From assembly GCF_001194135.2 (NCBI RefSeq), contig NC_068990.1, positions 82,140,993 through 82,204,992 on the forward strand: a DNA stretch of 64,000 nt, read 5' to 3'. The notes below the pieces were generated by a model that was not told the DNA's origin, did not search any database, and saw nothing but the letters and a program-made list of their open reading frames with translations. Shown piece after piece: positions 62,049 through 64,000 of the stretch. Position 1 is the first letter of the stretch, and each line of letters starts with the position of its first letter. Both the position numbers and the translations under genes were made by a program. The stretch is from Octopus bimaculoides. Its lineage: Eukaryota.

Positions 62049-63103
62049 AGGTCGGATTAATCATATTGTCCTTAGATTGCCCCCGCCCTGCATGCACAAT
62101 TCCAAATTTAATCAACTGAAATTTCAATATCATCGATCCTTTAGACTTTCTAAGGCTTTAGAGTTGTCACCCTAACTAAAATACGGAAATGTTCCACCGT
62201 TCTAACACCAGTAATTGTATTTCAAAATCTATTATCTCAACGGTAATAGATTGGCAAAATACTGCTTTTTACTCAACTTACTTTAGATAACATCTAGAGC
62301 GAAAGAACAGACACAAATGGAAGCAACCATTGCTTGTTCTTACTCAGATCTAAGCTCTGATTCAAAATTTACGCCTAACCAACGAAGGGAAACATTTCAT
62401 TGAGCAAGATTTCCATGCTCTTCAAATTGTCTTGGCATTGATTAAAGCTTGTCTCCTATGAGAATGTCACCCTTGTGTCATTTCCTATTCGTCCTTGTAT
62501 TAGATATATTACAGCAGAGGGAAAATGACATTAGTTGTGAAGCTTAGATATTTATCAATACATTGCAAGTTGTTGTGGCGAGACTGTAATATCTTATAAG
62601 CTAAATAATGCCATGACTGCGCTTCAGCTGTTCAAATATGTCACAAAAAGAAAAGTTGTTTTGATTTCTTGTTTTGTTTTTCTCTTCTTACTATTTCATT
62701 TCTGTTTAAAGTCGACAGTTAGTTTGAGATGATGGGTGTGAGATAAACTAGTTAGTTGCTAATGATTGAATTAGTTTCAGGTGAATAATGTAGGGTAGCT
62801 GAGTTGAACTAAGAAAGCAAACTCACAAACAAGCGAAACAAATATATAATAACAGAAGAAAAAAAGAAAAAAAACGTGAGAAAGAAAGACGAAAGGGAGA
62901 TATGAAGATGATTAATAAGATAATCAATAAGAATACGAGTGATAGACAGATGGAAAATGTTTGGTTGGCACAAAACAGGCTGAAGTTATTTTGCGCCCCC
63001 TCACACCTCCCATTCCTCACACAAAACAATAACAAACAGGAAAAGCATACACACGCGCACGCATACGCGTGAGCACACACACGCACGCACACGTGCACAC
63101 ACA

Positions 63104-63151
<48 letters not shown>

Positions 63152-63221
63152 GATACATATGTTTGTGTATGTGTAGAAACATAAATCCGATATAAACAAA
63201 TAAATGTCATATATATAGATG

Positions 63222-63253
<32 letters not shown>

Positions 63254-63893
63254 CACTCGCACACACATATATGTATTTCTCGTATTTNNNNNNNNNNNNN
63301 NNNNNNNNNNNNNNNNNNNNNNNNNNNNNNNNNNNNNNNNNNNNNNNNNNNNNNNNNNNNNNNNNNNNNNNNNNNNNNNNNNNNNNNNNNNNNNNNNNNN
63401 NNNNNNNNNNNNNNNNNNNNNNNNNNNNNNNNNNNNNNNNNNNNNNNNNNNNNNNNNNNNNNNNNNNNNNNNNNNNNNNNNNNNNNNNNNNNNNNNNTGT
63501 AAGTGTATTCGTTAAAATTGAGTATTATCTGAGAAAACATTCATTGCCACCAACAAAGATATCTTGAGACAAAAGTCTTGCGAAAAACATCGTCTGGTTG
63601 TCTAGCGTTTAATCTTTCTATGGCGGGATAGGTGACAGAAAAAGAAATTCTGATGAAAAACAACATTGTCATGTTTTATTTGTTCTACAAGTCATCTCCT
63701 ATTCCTTTTTATTTCCTTCTTTCTCTTTGTATGTGTTTATATACCTATCTATTGTTGTAACTATTAATAAGGTATATCTATCAATCTATCTATTAAAAGG
63801 TTGTAATACCATGTTGGTTATTATATGTTGCGTAGAGTGAGATAAGAGTTATGCACGCGCACAGAGCACACACCAACAGCTCACACACACACA

Positions 63894-63935
<42 letters not shown>

Positions 63936-64000
63936 TGCGTGCATGTGTGTATATCCTTGCGTAAACATAAAAGTATTTATCAATATATAATTGGTATCTT

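Overview
Eukaryotic, AT-rich, repeat-dense DNA from a draft assembly, with 16 N-gaps, nearly all inside or next to microsatellites. The repeat families, microsatellite load and gap pattern point to an octopus (coleoid cephalopod) intron or intergenic region; this is inference from remembered repeat motifs, not a search. I found no intact protein-coding gene, rRNA, true tRNA or CRISPR array. Almost all long ORFs in the track are microsatellite or N-run artefacts. The window holds about 35 copies or fragments of at least 6 SINE-like families (working labels A to G, several with tRNA-like heads and some with clear TSDs). It also holds decayed LINE fragments (3 RTE, 1 Tx1/L1, 2 to 3 CR1-like), two hAT-type MITEs with 8-bp TSDs, one Helentron-type non-autonomous element and a Penelope-like terminal fragment. 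The most interesting leads are: a minimal hammerhead-ribozyme-like fold at about 26.25 kb; near-perfect inverted SINE pairs that could form long dsRNA (ADAR substrates); a chimeric SINE whose two modules also occur separately in the window; a roughly 325-bp direct repeat bracketing an RTE insertion; and a few weakly supported candidate exons. I cannot support a new multi-gene system here. Coordinates of degenerate repeats are approximate and identities are estimated by eye.
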